From positions 2,606,001-2,670,000 of the forward strand of contig NC_058369.1 of NCBI RefSeq assembly GCF_018350175.1: a stretch of DNA of 64,000 nt. Reading direction: 5' to 3'. This document shows, in pieces, positions 22,982 through 35,784 of the stretch. This DNA is from Felis catus (lineage: Eukaryota). The translations under genes and the position numbers were made by a program. Below the pieces are notes generated by a model. The model saw nothing but the letters and a program-made list of their open reading frames with translations, ran no database searches and was not told the DNA's origin. The first letter of the stretch is position 1. Every line of letters begins with the position of its first letter.

Positions 22982-24989
22982 GTGAGTTTGGGGATGGCGA
23001 GGGCTGGGGCGCACGGCCCCATCGTGCTCTGCGTGGCCCCGCATCGGCACCTCACAGCCATGCTATAGGCAGGCACTGGTATTGTTCCATTTTGTAGATG
23101 AGAAAACCGAGGCACGGAGAGGTCAAGGGGCCTTCCCAGGGGCAAGCAGGGAGCTGGGGTTGGAACCCACGACTCCAAGCTCCCGCCCTCTGGGCCCTGA
23201 GGGGCTCACCCCACAAGAGAGGGCCCTGCTTCTGCCCTGGTCTGCTCCCATAATCGCCCTCCTGGACCAGAGCAGTCACCTCTACCCTGGTCCCCTGGCT
23301 TCTGTCCTCACTTCCCTGTCTGTCCTAAGGTGGCCAGAGAGCCCCCATGAGCTCTGAGTCAGGTCCTGCCCTCCTCTGCTCACAGTCCTCTAGGGGCCCC
23401 ACCTCCCTTGGGGCAAAAGTCCCCCCCCTGACCCCCAAGGCCCTGCAGGACCTGTCCCTGTGCCCTGCCTGCCCTCCCTTCCTCCCTCTCTTCCCCTCGG
23501 TCTCTCTGCTCCAGCCACATGGGCCTCCTAGCTGTTCCTCCAACAGTCCAGGCCCAGTTCCTGCTTCAGGGCCTTTGCATGTGCTTTGCCTTCTATCTGG
23601 ACAGCTCACTGCTCTCTCTCTCTAGATCACCCAGGTCTTAGCTCACATACTCCCCCTCTCAGGCAGATTTGCTGACCTCAGACAGCCTCAGCCACTCTCA
23701 ATGACCACTTTCTGTTTTATTTCCTTTTGAGGAAGTTAGTGATCGCCTATGTATTTGCTTAGTTGCTTGTTTGCTTCTCTCTCCTAATGCAACCTCATCT
23801 GCTTGAGGGCAGAGGCTTTTGTCTGTCCTGATCACTATTGTGTCCTCAGCGCCTAGGATAGGACCCTGGTACACAACAGGTGCTCAATAAATATTTGCAG
23901 AAAGAAAAAAAAAAGGAGAGAGGGAGGGGTGAAGCAGAGACAAAAAGAGAAATGGTACACAGGGGTGGAGGAGGAGAGATAACAGGAAGGAAGGATGGAA
24001 GAAAAAGCAAGTGGGTGAGGACGTCCCCGTTGGAAAGGCCGGCACAGGGAGGCCGGATGGTTCCAGGAGCGTCACAGGCCCCTGTGCGGCTCACCACGGG
24101 CCGGCTGTGACCCTGAGTCCTCCTTGGCCTCCTGTGATCCTCAGGCGCCTGCCTCCAAGCCAGATGTTCAAGGCAGGCGGGGGCAGCGGCGCTTGGCCTG
24201 GTCCCATGGGGAGCTCCAGCGTCTGGCGGAGGAAAGCACTTCCTCCCACCCGCCAGGGAGTCCCCTGGAGATGGAGCTGGGCGAGTGCTGCACAAACAGG
24301 AAACCCTGGTGGGGGGGAAGGCGGAGGGGCGTGCTGACACCAGCTGGCCAGCTGGGTGGCAGGAAACGGCCGAGGCCACTTCCCCTGGACGCTGGGGGCG
24401 GGGGGTGGGGTGGGCATCGCCCTCTCCTCCTAGGAATGTGGTGGCCCTGAGCCCCCCAGCACGGGGCTGGGCATATAGTAATTGCTCAATAAATGGTGTG
24501 CACAAAGCTGGTAACCGGGGAGACTGGAGTTTCCGGACTGGCCAGGACTTGGGTCTCTCACAGCTGGGGAACCGGGCACCCAGGTCGGCTCCCTGTGGCC
24601 CGTGCTGCCCCCTGGGGGCCTGGAGAAGAACCGCTCTCGCCCCCCCCCCCCCCCCCCCAGGCCTACAGCCGCCCACCTGCTGGTCCCTTCTCCACTCTGA
24701 CCACCTTCCCTGGCTTCTTTCCCTCCTGTTGCCTCCAACCCCAGGGCCTTTGCATGGGCCACTGCTGGCAATATCGTGACCCTCAGGGAGGCGGCCAAAC
24801 CTCCTGTTTGAGATCATCCTGATCGCGGCAGCCGACACTGGCCTGCGTGTCCTTGCCACTTCCCAAGCTTTAATGTCTGTAGGCCTCTCGGTCCTCTTTC
24901 AGGCAGGCTCCCCAACCCTGCCTGCCGACCACCGCCTGACGCATGGTGCCTTTGCCTTAATGATCTAAAAAAAAAAAAAAAACCCAAAA

Positions 24990-25280
24990 CCGTATTGTGG
25001 TTAAATTCACATGACAGAACATGCACACTTAGTGGCGTTAACTACATTCGTGCTGTTGTGCAACCATCGCCTCTAACTGTCCACAACACTTTTGTTGCCC
25101 TGAAAAGAAGCCCTGTCCCCACCCCTCCTCCCCCTCCCCAGTCCTCGGCCCCCATGAAGCCCCCTTCCTGTCCGCGGATGAGCCCGTTCAGGACGTTTCA
25201 CACCCGCGGACTCACGCCCCGCGTGGCCTTGTGTCGGGTTCCCTCCCTGAGCGTCGTGTGTCCGGGGTCCGTCCGCGGGG
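24990..25280 (-). mobile_element. Old L1M 3' relic
   Basis: AAATTCACAT, ACATTC..GCTGTTGTGCAACCATC and TCCACAACACTTTT motifs. Confidence 0.55.
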
Positions 25281-25933
25281 CGGGGGTGCGGGGGGGTGGT
25301 GCGAGAGGCTGGCTCCCAGCCGTCCAAGGTCAGCCAAGAGGAGCCACACCTGTTTCCAAATCTGTTAAATGGGTCCCAACCACCGCATACCAGAGAGGAG
25401 GGTCCCTCTTCCTTTGACATTAGGCAGGCGCGGTTCTGGGGACATGGGGGACTTTAACTGCTGCGGGTGGACCTTCCATTCAGCCCGTGATTCTGAGCCC
25501 CTGCTGTGTGCCAGGCTCTGGGCCAGGCACTGGGGACACCGCGGGACCTGGGCACACAGACCTCCCCGTCAGGACAGAGCTCCCAGTCTGGAGGGGGAGG
25601 GATAAGGGGCTGCAGAACCGCGTGACGTGAGGCGAGCAAGCCAGCCCCTTGCGGCCAGTTGATTCCTATCAGCCACCCCGATGGCAGGGTGTGTGGCCCC
25701 CACTTTGGAGATTAGGGAGCACAGAGGCTCACGGACAGGAAGGGACTTGCCCAAGAGCACACGCGAAGCGGCAGCCGGGCCGAGATTCGAACGCAGGTCC
25801 GGCCTCTGCCTCCGTCTTGCCACGGGGCTGCAGGGGGTGGGCAGGGTGACCACTCCAGCCCCCGGAGTCTGGGTAGCCCAGGGTGTCGAGGAAGGAAACA
25901 GACCCAGTGAGTCCCATTTTCTCCCTGTTCCAG

Positions 25934-26008
25934 ACACGACCGACTTCCAGGAGAGCTTCGTCACCTCCGGCGTGTTCAGTGTCACCGAGCTCATCCAGGT
26001 GTCCCGGA
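25934..26008 (+). CDS. NFIC: NFIC exon 4 (75 nt): (D)[24 protein letters not shown]
   Basis: TTCCAG acceptor, A|GTGAGT donor, phase 1-1; [16 protein letters not shown] is a conserved NFI-family motif. Confidence 0.97.
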
Positions 26009-26654
26009 GTGAGTGTCCCCGCCCACCCTGTGCCGGGATCTGGAGAGGGGAGGGGCGCGGGAGAGGGAGAGGGGGCTTTGGGATGGGGACCCTGAGAAAG
26101 AGTCTCAGGGAAAGGGAAGCTGCCCATCACCCTGCCCTACTCCCCTCTGTCACCGAGCTAAGGTGCCTAGGAAGGGCAGTAGGTGGGGGCCCACACGCCC
26201 CACCCGCTTTGCCTCCTGTTCCCTTACCTTCCTAATGTACCTGCTGGGGACCCACCCACTCCCCAGACACCCCCACCTGAATTCCAGTGCAGGGAGTTCT
26301 GGGCACTGTCCTGCGTTAACCCTGACCATCATCCTCCCCGTCCAGATCAGCAGAGCCTGGCCTCAGGGAGCGCTGGGAAGCTCGGCCTCCCGCTCTGGCT
26401 ATGCCTCTGCCTCACAGTGTGAGCTTGGCCTCTCCTGCTGGCTTTGGGCTTCTGACCCATAGAATGAGGACACTTTCAGCCACGTTAGGAACCAGGCCCG
26501 TCAGGGGACGGGGTTCCTTTTGGGGCTGGCCAGTCCCCCGGTGGCTCTCCCCACCCCTCCGGGGCAAACTGCAGCCTGGGAGCTTGCACCCTCTCTCAAC
26601 TGCAGCCCGGGAGTTTGCACCCTCTCTCACTCTGCCCCCTCTCGCCCTCCGCAG

Positions 26655-26778
26655 CACCCGTGGTGACTGGAACAGGACCCAACTTCTCCCTGGGGGAGCT
26701 GCAGGGGCACCTGGCATACGACCTGAATCCAGCCAGCACAGGCATGAGGAGAACGCTACCGAGCACTTCCTCCAGCGG
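26655..26778 (+). CDS. NFIC: NFIC exon 5 (124 nt): (T)[40 protein letters not shown](G)
   Basis: CCGCAG acceptor, GG|GTACGT donor; GTGPNFSL and [11 protein letters not shown] are NFI motifs. Confidence 0.97.
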
Positions 26779-27159
26779 GTACGTGCCCCGGTCCCTGCCT
26801 CTGGGCATTCAGCCACCCCTCGCCCACCTCCACCTGGCCCCAGCTGGCTGACTCCTCTCCCCGGAATGCCTGTTTTCAGGGTTCACATGGTAAACTCCTA
26901 CGTATCCCTCAAAACCCAGCCCCAAGTGCTCCTTTCCCCAGCCCTGATACCCCACCCAGGGCTCCCACAGCCTTGAGTCCTATCAGCCCACTCCCTGAGA
27001 CTCCACGGGAATAGACACTGGTTCTTGCGGAGATACGCTGGGTAACCTTGAGCCGGTCACAGTGCTTGCGTGGATTTCCGCCATCTGTAAAATGGGATCA
27101 TAGTCCTACCGGGTTGTTCTGAGGTTTAGGGTAGGCCGAGTGTTTATCCAGGGTTTTAG

Positions 27160-28010
27160 TGCGCAGCCTGCCAACCGGCCGTCTGCGCTCGGCCGAGTGC
27201 CTCACTGCCTCTGGCCCCGGGCGTCCCATCCGAGCGCTGGGCAGGTTGAGACAGGTGCTCCCCGAACCGGCTGAAAGTCCGCGGGAACCTCGACGTCTCG
27301 CGATAGCACCCTCGCCGCCCTGCCCCCTACGGACCGGAAGTCAGCCCAAACTGCCCCCGCCACACCCTCGCGTCGCCGTGGTAACCGGCCTGCGCTCTGT
27401 TTCCCTCTCCCTTTAGGAGCAAGCGGCACAAATCGGGCTCGATGGAGGAAGACGTGGACACGAGCCCCGGCGGCGATTACTACACCTCGCCCAGCTCTCC
27501 CACGAGTAGCAGCCGCAACTGGACGGAGGACATGGAAGGAGGTGGGGCTGGCAGTGGGGGCGGAGCGGGCCTCGGGGCCGGGGTTACCGCGGCGGGGACT
27601 ACATATTCCGGCAGGCACTGCGCCGGCGCCGGGGTGCGGGAAACCCTGGGGCTGGGGCCGCGGAGCCTCCTGGGAGTTGTAGTCGCGCGGGTCGCTCGCC
27701 GCTGGGAAGTCCGGACTCACGTTCCCGGAGCTTCTGGGTTCCGTCGGGGCCGGGGAGGGCGGAGACTGTCCCTCCCGCGGCTTTCCTGCCCTCTGCCCGG
27801 TGCAGCCTCGTCTCCGTGGGGCTCCCGACCTGCGGCGTGGACTCGGTGGCGCTTCTGATCGGCAGCGCGCTTCTTCCCGGGGTCCGCCCTACGCTCTCAT
27901 CTGGAGGGTCCCCGCTGGTGGGTCCCGAGCTGCAGCGTGCCCCGTCGCAGGGGTCCTGCTGATCTTCCGAGATTCCCGTCTCCACGGGCTCGGCCTCCGC
28001 GCGGTCCCAG
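27160..28010. promoter_or_regulatory. CpG island over NFIC exon 6 with promoter-type motifs
   Basis: High CpG density; TCTCGCGATA, ACCGGAAGT, GTCGCCGTGGTAAC and two ACTACA-type motifs. Confidence 0.7.
27417..27541 (+). CDS. NFIC: NFIC exon 6 (125 nt): [41 protein letters not shown]
   Basis: CTTTAG acceptor, G|GTGGGG donor; in frame with exons 5 and 7. Confidence 0.96.
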
Positions 28011-28713
28011 GTCTCCTTTTCTCTGAACCTCCTTTTCGGGGAGAGGCTGGCCTCTCACTCGTCTGCCTTTTTAGGGCCCTCCCCAGAACGGGTCCTGTTC
28101 TGCCGGGGCGGCATTGCCACAGGCTCCCCAGCGGCCTCCCCCCGAAGATCTCCGTTCCTTGGGGTCCTCGTCTCCACCGCGGTTCTCCTCCGGAGAACCC
28201 GAGTTTCTGCTCTCCCGCGGGCTGGCCTCGGGGCTGCTTGGGGACACTATGCTCAGGGGGGCCCGCAAGCTTGCCTTGCCCTGGGCTGGGTGTCCCTGGA
28301 AATGCAAAGGCCCCCAGCGGAGTCTGTGTCCCAGAATTTAGAAACGTCGCTCAGTCCAGACCCTTACCCCAGAAAAGGGTTCACCCCGCGGATTACCCAA
28401 TGGTTGCCAGCGTGGACTCGGGCCCACCGGCCAGTACAGCCTCTGGTGACCGCACTGCTCTGAGCCTCCGGTTCCTCATCTGTAAAATGGGGTTAATATC
28501 TGCACCGCCCTCTAAGGTTGTGGGGATTAAGTGAGTTAATCCGTGCGGTGTCCCTAAAACAGGCCTGGCGCATAGTACACACCCAGTAAACCTGAGGATT
28601 TGTTTGCTTGCCCCCTGCTTTTTGGTCCCTACTCCCTATTCCCGAAGGGCCAGCTTTCTTATAAAGGTCTGTCTACACGAAGACCATACCGACAGGATTC
28701 CTGGAAAGCATTA

Positions 28714-28865
28714 CAGTTAAGAGGGCAGGTTTAAGTGTCAGAGAGACCTGGGTTTGAAATCCAGGTCTGCCATTGGCTCGCTGTGTGGGCTGTGTAACTT
28801 TGGGCAGGTGACTTGACTTCTCTGAACCCCAGTTTTCTTTTCTTCAAAATGGGATTGATGAGATA
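28714..28865 (+). mobile_element. MIR relic
   Basis: GTTAAGAG...CCTGGGTTTGAAATCC...TTGGGCAGGTGACTT.ACTTCTCTGA...AAAATGGG. Confidence 0.7.
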
Positions 28866-29346
28866 ACTCTTCTTTCCTGGAGCTGGGAGGAGGAAATGGT
28901 AGAAGGCGCATAAAGCAGCCACCTGGCACACGATGAGTGCCCAGGACACAAGAGAGTTCGTTGTTCGTGTCTTTATAAAATGCCCATGTCTGTGAATGAG
29001 TCTCTAGCGTGTCTGGTTGTGACATTTGAGCCCCAATGGCCCTCCCTCTTCCATTGTGTTGGCTCCCAGGGCAGGTACCTAACCTTGGGAGGATGTGTCT
29101 CCCTAGGAGGCTCTAATTTGTGGGTCAAAGTGTCTCCATGGCTCTCTCTCCCTGCGGGTTCCCCACTTCTGACAGGTTTGCCTCTGTAAAGATCCTGTGT
29201 TTAATAAGCTTTAAGTTTGATTGTGAGAAACAGAAACCCCAAAAGGACAGTGCATTTCTCTCCAAAGTAAATGTCCAGCCGTCAGCAACCCTGAGACTTA
29301 GGCTCCCGCCTTTAGCTCCAGTGAATATGGAACAGTTTTTTAAATA

Positions 29347-29558
29347 TTTTTTTAAACTTTATTTTTTAGAGAGAGAGAGGGAGACAAAGCTCGATTGGGG
29401 GAAGGGCAGAGGGAAAGGGGGAGACACAGAATCTGAGGCAGGCTCCAGGCTCTGAACTGTCGGCACAGAGCCCAGTGCGGGGCTGGAACTCGCCAACTGT
29501 GAGATCGTGACCCGAGCTGAAGTCGGATGCTTAGCCAACTGAGCCACCCAAGTGCCCC
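29347..29558 (-). mobile_element. Can-SINE
   Basis: Canonical reverse body ending GAGCCACCCAAGTGCCCC. Confidence 0.93.
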
Positions 29559-29570
29559 AAATGTGGAGCA

Positions 29571-29795
29571 TTTTTAAATGTTTATTTATTTTTTTTTTTT
29601 TTGAGAGAGAGAGAGAAAGAGAGAGCACGAGCAGGGGCAGAGAGGGGGAGAGAGAGAGAGAGGGAGAATCCCAAGCAGGCTCCACGTTGTCAGCACTGAG
29701 TACGATGCAGGGCTCGAACTCATGAACTGTGAAATCATGACCTGAGACGAAAGCAAGAGTCTATCCCTTCACCAACTGAGCCACCCAGGTGCTCC
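29571..29795 (-). mobile_element. Can-SINE, in tandem with the previous one
   Basis: Canonical reverse body ending GAGCCACCCAGGTGCTCC. Confidence 0.92.
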
Positions 29796-29799
29796 CAAG

Positions 29800-30110
29800 T
29801 GAGTATGGTTTTCATTCCCACCTTATGGTCCAAGACAACTGCTGGAGCTCCAGCCCTCATGTCTGCTGTCCAGCCAGCAGGAAAGAAGGGTCAAGTCTGA
29901 GCATGTCCTTTCCCTTTAAAAATAATTCTCAGAGGATGCGCTTACCTCTTCTGCTGATCTCTGGGCCCCTGAGTCGCTCCTAGGGCCACACCCTGCCGCA
30001 GGGGCTTCTGGGAAATGTAGTCTTATTTTCGGCAAGTATGTGCCCGTCTCAAATTTAAGGGTTCTGCCACTAAGGAAGAGGGGTAGGGCAGATACTGGGA
30101 GACTGTTAAC
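29800..30110. mobile_element. MLT1-like (MaLR LTR) relic
   Basis: ATGGTCCAAGA...GCTCCAGCC, GGCCACACCC and CTGGGAAATGTAGTCTT blocks recall old MLT1 LTRs. Confidence 0.45.
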
Positions 30111-32856
30111 TTCTGCCCTGCCTTTAATGATTGGGAACCCCAGAGCACTCCTCGTTAACTCTGTGATCGACGGGACCGGCCACATATAGAGCGTGTACTA
30201 TTTAGAGGTGGAGGGCAGCTTCTGCGATGTAGCCACAGCAGCGCGGAGAGGAAAAATTATAGCCTTAAGTCTATGGATTAGAAAAAGAGAAAGGATGGAA
30301 GCCAAAAACAAAAACCTAGCTTTCAATGCAGGAAGCTCGAAAAGAGAAAATCAATCAATCAATAAAAGGAAGAAAATGTGCGAGAGAGTCACTGGAGCCT
30401 GGTGTGAACTTCCTGCCCTGAGCATGAAGCGGCAGCAGTGGGGGTGGACGAGGAGGCAACTCACACCCCCTTCTGGTGTGCCCCACGGAGTCACAGAGCT
30501 GAATCTGTCCCTTGTGGTTTCCATTGGTTGCTTCAGGCGATGGCAGACTGGCTCCCTCCTGTGGGGCCCTCAGCATAACCCCCAGCTGTATGCTGGTCTG
30601 CACCCTGCAGGTGCGCCCAGCCTGGTGGGGAAGATGGACGCCTCTCTCCCCCTCCTCCCTCCTCTTCCTTTCCCTCCTCCTCCCCTCCCCCTTCTGCTCC
30701 TCCCGGCCCCCTTCTCTTCCTTTCCTCCCTCCTCTTCCTCTGCCGCCTCCTCCTCCCCTTCCCATGTCCTCTTCCCCCTCCCCCACAGTCTCCTCCTCTT
30801 GGCTTCCTCCAGCTTCCTGTCTAGACAGCCCCCAATTAGCTGCTCATTAAGGGGGTTAAGCTGATTAGAGCACCCCCTCCCTTCCTCTCCTCCCGCCGCA
30901 AGGGCAGTGTTCCGCTAACACCCGCCTCCCCTCTGCATCTGTGCTCCCTTACCTGGGGCGGGGCGGAGGGCTGGGGGATCTGTCGGCCCCACCCCCCAGG
31001 CCTCGCGCCAGACTGAGGCCTTTGCCCTCTCTGTGCCCAGATTGGGAGTGCCTTTGCTCCTCCTGGCCACCGCCTCCCGAGGCCTTCCCTGGTTACCCAC
31101 CCAAGCAGGCCAGAAAGGGGCCCCTCTGCTCAGCCCCCGGGAGTGCTTTGTTCCTGCCGCTTCTGTGGCCCTCCTGCAGGGGGCGGAGGCACCCAGCCAC
31201 GCAGGGACCAGGGCCTTCTCTCTCCCCTGTCACGTGGGGGGCTCCCGCCACCTCTTAGAACCCGGAGGGCAGGAGGGGCGCAGAGCGAGGCCTGTGGAGT
31301 TACGGTGTTGGGTTTGGATCCTCTCCCCCGCTTCTGGCCTCTGTGGCCTTGGGCAAGCGACCTCCCGTCTGTCCGGCGTCAGTCTCCACATCTGTGAAAC
31401 GGGGGTGACAACTGTGACCCGCACGGGGCGGGTGTGAGCGTGACACGAGGGCAGGCTCCGATGTGCACTGCCCCCAGGGGACAGGACAGCCGGGGGGGGG
31501 GGGGGGGGGGGGGGGGGGAGGGCGCACACACCACAGCGGGCCCGCCCCTGGCCTGGGGCCGTGGAGACCCGGCCCGGACATCACGTGCGCACGGGGGAGA
31601 GGTGTGGCTGGGCGAGCACGCGGGCGCACGAGCAGATGGGGCTGCTTGTGGGGTAGGGTCCGTGCTGCCCGGGCAGGCGCACGCAAGGGACCGAAGGGAG
31701 GACACTAGGCAGAAGGTGCAGGCGTGGATGTGCTCGGATGGGGACAGACGCGGTGCCGGGATGGGGACACGGGGGGGGGGGGGGGGGGCGCAGAAAGCGG
31801 CTCGCACCCGGGGCCGGAGGGCGTACCGGCCTCGTCTTAACCAGACCGCGTGACGGCCTGTCTGTGGAGCCGGGAGGGATGCCCAGACGCGGGGAAGCAC
31901 ACTCGGGGCCTCTAGGGGCCTGCCCCGGAGCGCGAAGGGCTGTTCTTTCCTGCAGGGCCCCGGGCCAGGCTCCCCCACTCCCTCCCGCCTGCCCTGGTTC
32001 CCCCAGGCCCCATCTCAGGAAGCTCTAGAAGGGCCTGCGGAGATGCGGCTGGGGGCAGGGTCCAGCCAGGCTATTTGCATCCAGGACAGGCTGTTCTAGG
32101 AAATCCTCCTAAGTGAGCCTCCGCCGGCCCTAACCTCATTCCCACCAGGCCCCGTGCCAGCAGGGAGCTGTCGCCCCTGCCGCACGCACCCACATACGCA
32201 CACGTGTGCACGCGCACGCACATGCACGCCGCCTGCAGGGCTGACTCCCCCCCCCCCCCCCCCGCCGGCCATCCTGGGTCCCACCGGCTCCTGTCCCCTG
32301 GGACGGCCTGGGCTCCCGGCTCAAGAGGCGACACTTGGCTGCCAGGCCTCTTGGGCCTGCTGACCCAGGGCCCCGGACACACTCACTCCCAGCACCGTGT
32401 GTGTTTGGGGCTATGAGGGCAGCAGGGTTTGTGACACAAAAGCCGCTGACTTCCCCGGTGGCCCTGGGGCGGCTGGTTCCCACATTTGTATCACCACCAG
32501 CAGGACCCAGCATTGAGGCCGAGGGAACACGGTTGGGGACAAGGCTGGGGGCGGGGGGCCAGGACACGGGCGGCAGGAGACCCCCACGCCCGCGACAGCA
32601 AGCCTCAGAGGCGGGCCATGACTCTCACCAGGGTGACTCTGCCCGGGGACGGCAGCGGCTGTCACATCGGGGGGCCCCTGGCGTGGGGGGTGCAGGCGAG
32701 GACGCTGCTTGGCCTGCGGTGCCCGGGGCACCTCCACAGGGAGTGACCCTCCCCGATGTCAGCGGTGCTGGGTGGGAGGGCACACCCCTCACCATGTGCA
32801 GGTCCCCTGTGGGCCTCGTTGGGTGCGTTTCAGTCTAAAACTTTTTTCTCCTGCGA

Positions 32857-33066
32857 TTTATTTATGTATTTGTTTGTTTGTTTATTTGTGAGAGCGCCCG
32901 TGCATGAGCGGGGGAAGGGCAGGGGGCGAGCAAGAGAGAGAATCCCAAGCAGGCCCCCCGCTTGGCACAGAGCCCAGTGTGGGGCTCGATCCCGCGACCC
33001 TGAGATCGTGACCTGAGCTGAAATCAAGAGTCAGTGGCTCAACCGACTGAGCCCCCCAGGTGCCCC
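32857..33066 (-). mobile_element. Can-SINE
   Basis: GAGAATCCCAAGCAGG...GACCTGAGCTGAAATCAAGAGTC...CAGGTGCCCC. Confidence 0.9.
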
Positions 33067-33967
33067 TAAAAGTGATTTCTAAACATGCCCATCGGCAGGC
33101 CCCACTGCACCGAGATTCTGGTCGCCCTGGGGGAGCCGGGCCCGGGACTCTGCCCCGATTTCCCCCCAGCTCTCCCGTCTGGAGGCTGGCAGGGACGGGA
33201 CGTGGGGAGGAGGGGCGGGGGCTCCCCTGAGTCTTGAGGGCCAGCACGTGCCCCTCACCAGGATGGCCTGTCCCCTTCACAACAACGGGGACTCCTGTGC
33301 GCGGTCTCTGTGGAGTCCTTGTGCGCCCTTGGCACACCATTCATTCGTTCATTCATTCATTCATTCATGGAGGAAGGTGCCAGGGGTTGAGCTGGAGGCC
33401 GGTAGGGTTCCTGAGGGCCGCAGCCGCCCCGGGCAGCCGGCGGCCCGTGTGAGGCCCGTCCACACAGGAAACTCCCAACGGGTCAGTGAGCCAGACCCTG
33501 GTCTAACGGCTACAGGGGCTCTATCCCATTTTATCTTCTCGATGGCCCCGCGAGGAAGGTTCTGTTCCCTTACCCCGGTGAGGAGGAGTCTGCGGGCGCA
33601 GGGCCGCTCTGGGCCTCGTCGGCGTCCTCCCGGCTCACCCCTGCCTATTGGGGCTTTAGGACGGCCCCTCGTCTCTGCCTACCCTGCGGGGTACGGGGTG
33701 CCTCCGGAGGGTGGGGCAGCCTCAGCCGTCTCTGTCTCTGGAGGGAGAGAAGGCAGGGGCCAGGCCGTGACGTCAGGGGCCTCTGCTGGCACCGGGCTCC
33801 TCGTCCCGTGGGCCATGTGACCCCGGGCAGCCCCTCTCTGCTCTGAGCCTCGGTCTGCCCCCCTGGATGATGGGCTCCCAGCCCCCTCGCCCACGGGTGC
33901 TGGCAGGAGGGGGGGCAGGGGCTCTGCCTGCCTGCAGGCCTGTGACCCTCTGGCTCCTCCCACACAG

Positions 33968-34093
33968 GCATCTCGTCCCCGGTGAAGAAAACAGAGATGG
34001 ATAAGTCACCTTTCCACAGCCCGTCTCCCCAGGACTCCCCCCGCCTCTCCAGCTTCACCCAGCACCACCGGCCTGTCATTGCTGTGCACAGCG
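33968..34093 (+). CDS. NFIC: NFIC exon 7 (126 nt): (G)[41 protein letters not shown]
   Basis: ACACAG acceptor, G|GTGAGC donor; [12 protein letters not shown] motif. Confidence 0.97.
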
Positions 34094-34743
34094 GTGAGCA
34101 CGTGGGCCCCAGGCAGGGAGGGGCGGCTGGGCCCTCTGATCGGGCACCCCCCTCCTTGGGCCGGGGAAGTCCCTCTGGCCATCTGACCGTGAGTCCCGGT
34201 GCCATAGCCTCCCGGCTGGGCCACAGCACCCAGAGGTGTCGTGGTGCGGAGCGCCTGGCCCTGATTCAGGCTCTGGGGCCTCAGTTTCCCCCTCCGTCCA
34301 GGAAGGAGGTACAGTCTGGGCTTGCCCGTCCCCCCGCTCCCCTTAGCTCACACTCCACCCCCACGGGGTTGGGTGGTCACAGAAGGAGGTAGACACTCCC
34401 GACGCATGGCTGGACACACGAGGACACGCAGGCCATACAGGGGTGCTCCTGGCCACAGGGACAGGAGGCCTCACGCGCGACAGAGGGAGACTGACCTGAG
34501 CAACCATAGGGCACGAGCCGAGCTGGTCACGGTGCACCTGGCTCTCCTTTGCTCGTCCGTCCATGGGGGCTCCTAAACGTCCCCCTCCCAGGGCTGTCTT
34601 TCGGGCCGAATGGGCTAATCGCGGTAAGGGCTCGCGTATCGCCTGTCGCCCCATTGTCCTGATGGTGACGATTTCGCTGCACACAAGGGCAGGCACACAC
34701 ACAGGGAGGCAGGTGAGAATCAGAACAGTGCGGTGGTTCGGAT

Positions 34744-34912
34744 CAGGAGTCGGCCGACCAGGCCCACGGCTGCCTGTTGTTGTAAATAAAGTTTTATTGG
34801 TGCACGGCCCTGGCCGTCCATTTGCCTGTGGCAGCTTTCAGACTTCAGCGACAGAGGCAAGTAGCCGCGAGAGACCATGGGGCCTGAAAAGCCAAGAAGA
34901 CTTACTCTGGCC
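34744..34912. mobile_element. MER58-like DNA transposon relic
   Basis: GCTGCCTGTTGTTGTAAATAAAGTTTTATTGG, TGGCAGCTTTC and GAGACCATGG. Confidence 0.7.
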
Positions 34913-35099
34913 AGGAGCTAGAGAGAGGAAGGGGGCGTGAGCTACCTTGGGGGTGACGGGAACGTTCCAGAATTACAAAGCAAATATACTAGAAGTCACC
35001 AGATCGTTTAAAAAGAGAAAGCAAGCAAATAACACACGGGCTCGCCACTCAGCCACGCACAGGAGCGGGGCGCCCCCACCCACCACTGCCCCGCGGACG

Positions 35100-35392
35100 G
35101 ACCCCGACACACGATGCTCAGGGAGGGACCCAGACACGAGAGGCCCCAGAGTATCTGAAACCCATTTCTGTGAAACATTCAGAACAGGCTCATCCCCGCA
35201 CAGGAAGGGGGCTCGTGGGGGGAGGGGAGTGTGATGGCTGAGGGGGACGGAGTTGCTTCTCGGGATGATGAAAATGTCCCACGAGCCATCGTAGCAGTGG
35301 TTCCACGGTCCCCAATCGTGCCAAAGCCCAGTGAAGTGAATACTTGGAAAGGGTGAACTTTATAGTTTGCAAATTATATCTCCACAGTAAAA
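35100..35392 (+). mobile_element. Old L1M 3' relic
   Basis: GATGATGAAAATGT...GGTGAACTTTATAGTTTGCAAATTATATCTC. Confidence 0.6.
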
Positions 35393-35784
35393 ACAATAGT
35401 GACCACCGGCCCCTTGCGGAAACAGCCGGCCGAGCCCTGGGTTAGGGTGTGGGCCGTGGGGCCAGACCCTCCCCCGGGTCTGCTGCCTGCTTGCTGTGTG
35501 GTCTCTGGGGGGGGGGGGGGGGGGGGGGTGGAAGGGACGTAACCTCTGACAGCCACCTCATCGTCCAGTTTAATAACAAAACTGGACAAAACCGGGGCGG
35601 CAACAGAACGCCGTGAGCTTGTGGTAGAACGTCATCGAATTTGGGCGTGTAAGAGACAACAGGGCCTGGCCGGTGGCGGGGCTCGCTGGGTCCTGCTCTG
35701 TTCTCATTGGAGGCACCGGGGTGCAGGGGACACCCGCACCCCGAGACGCAGCCTCCAGTGACCGTCCCGTCCTGGTCTCCACAG

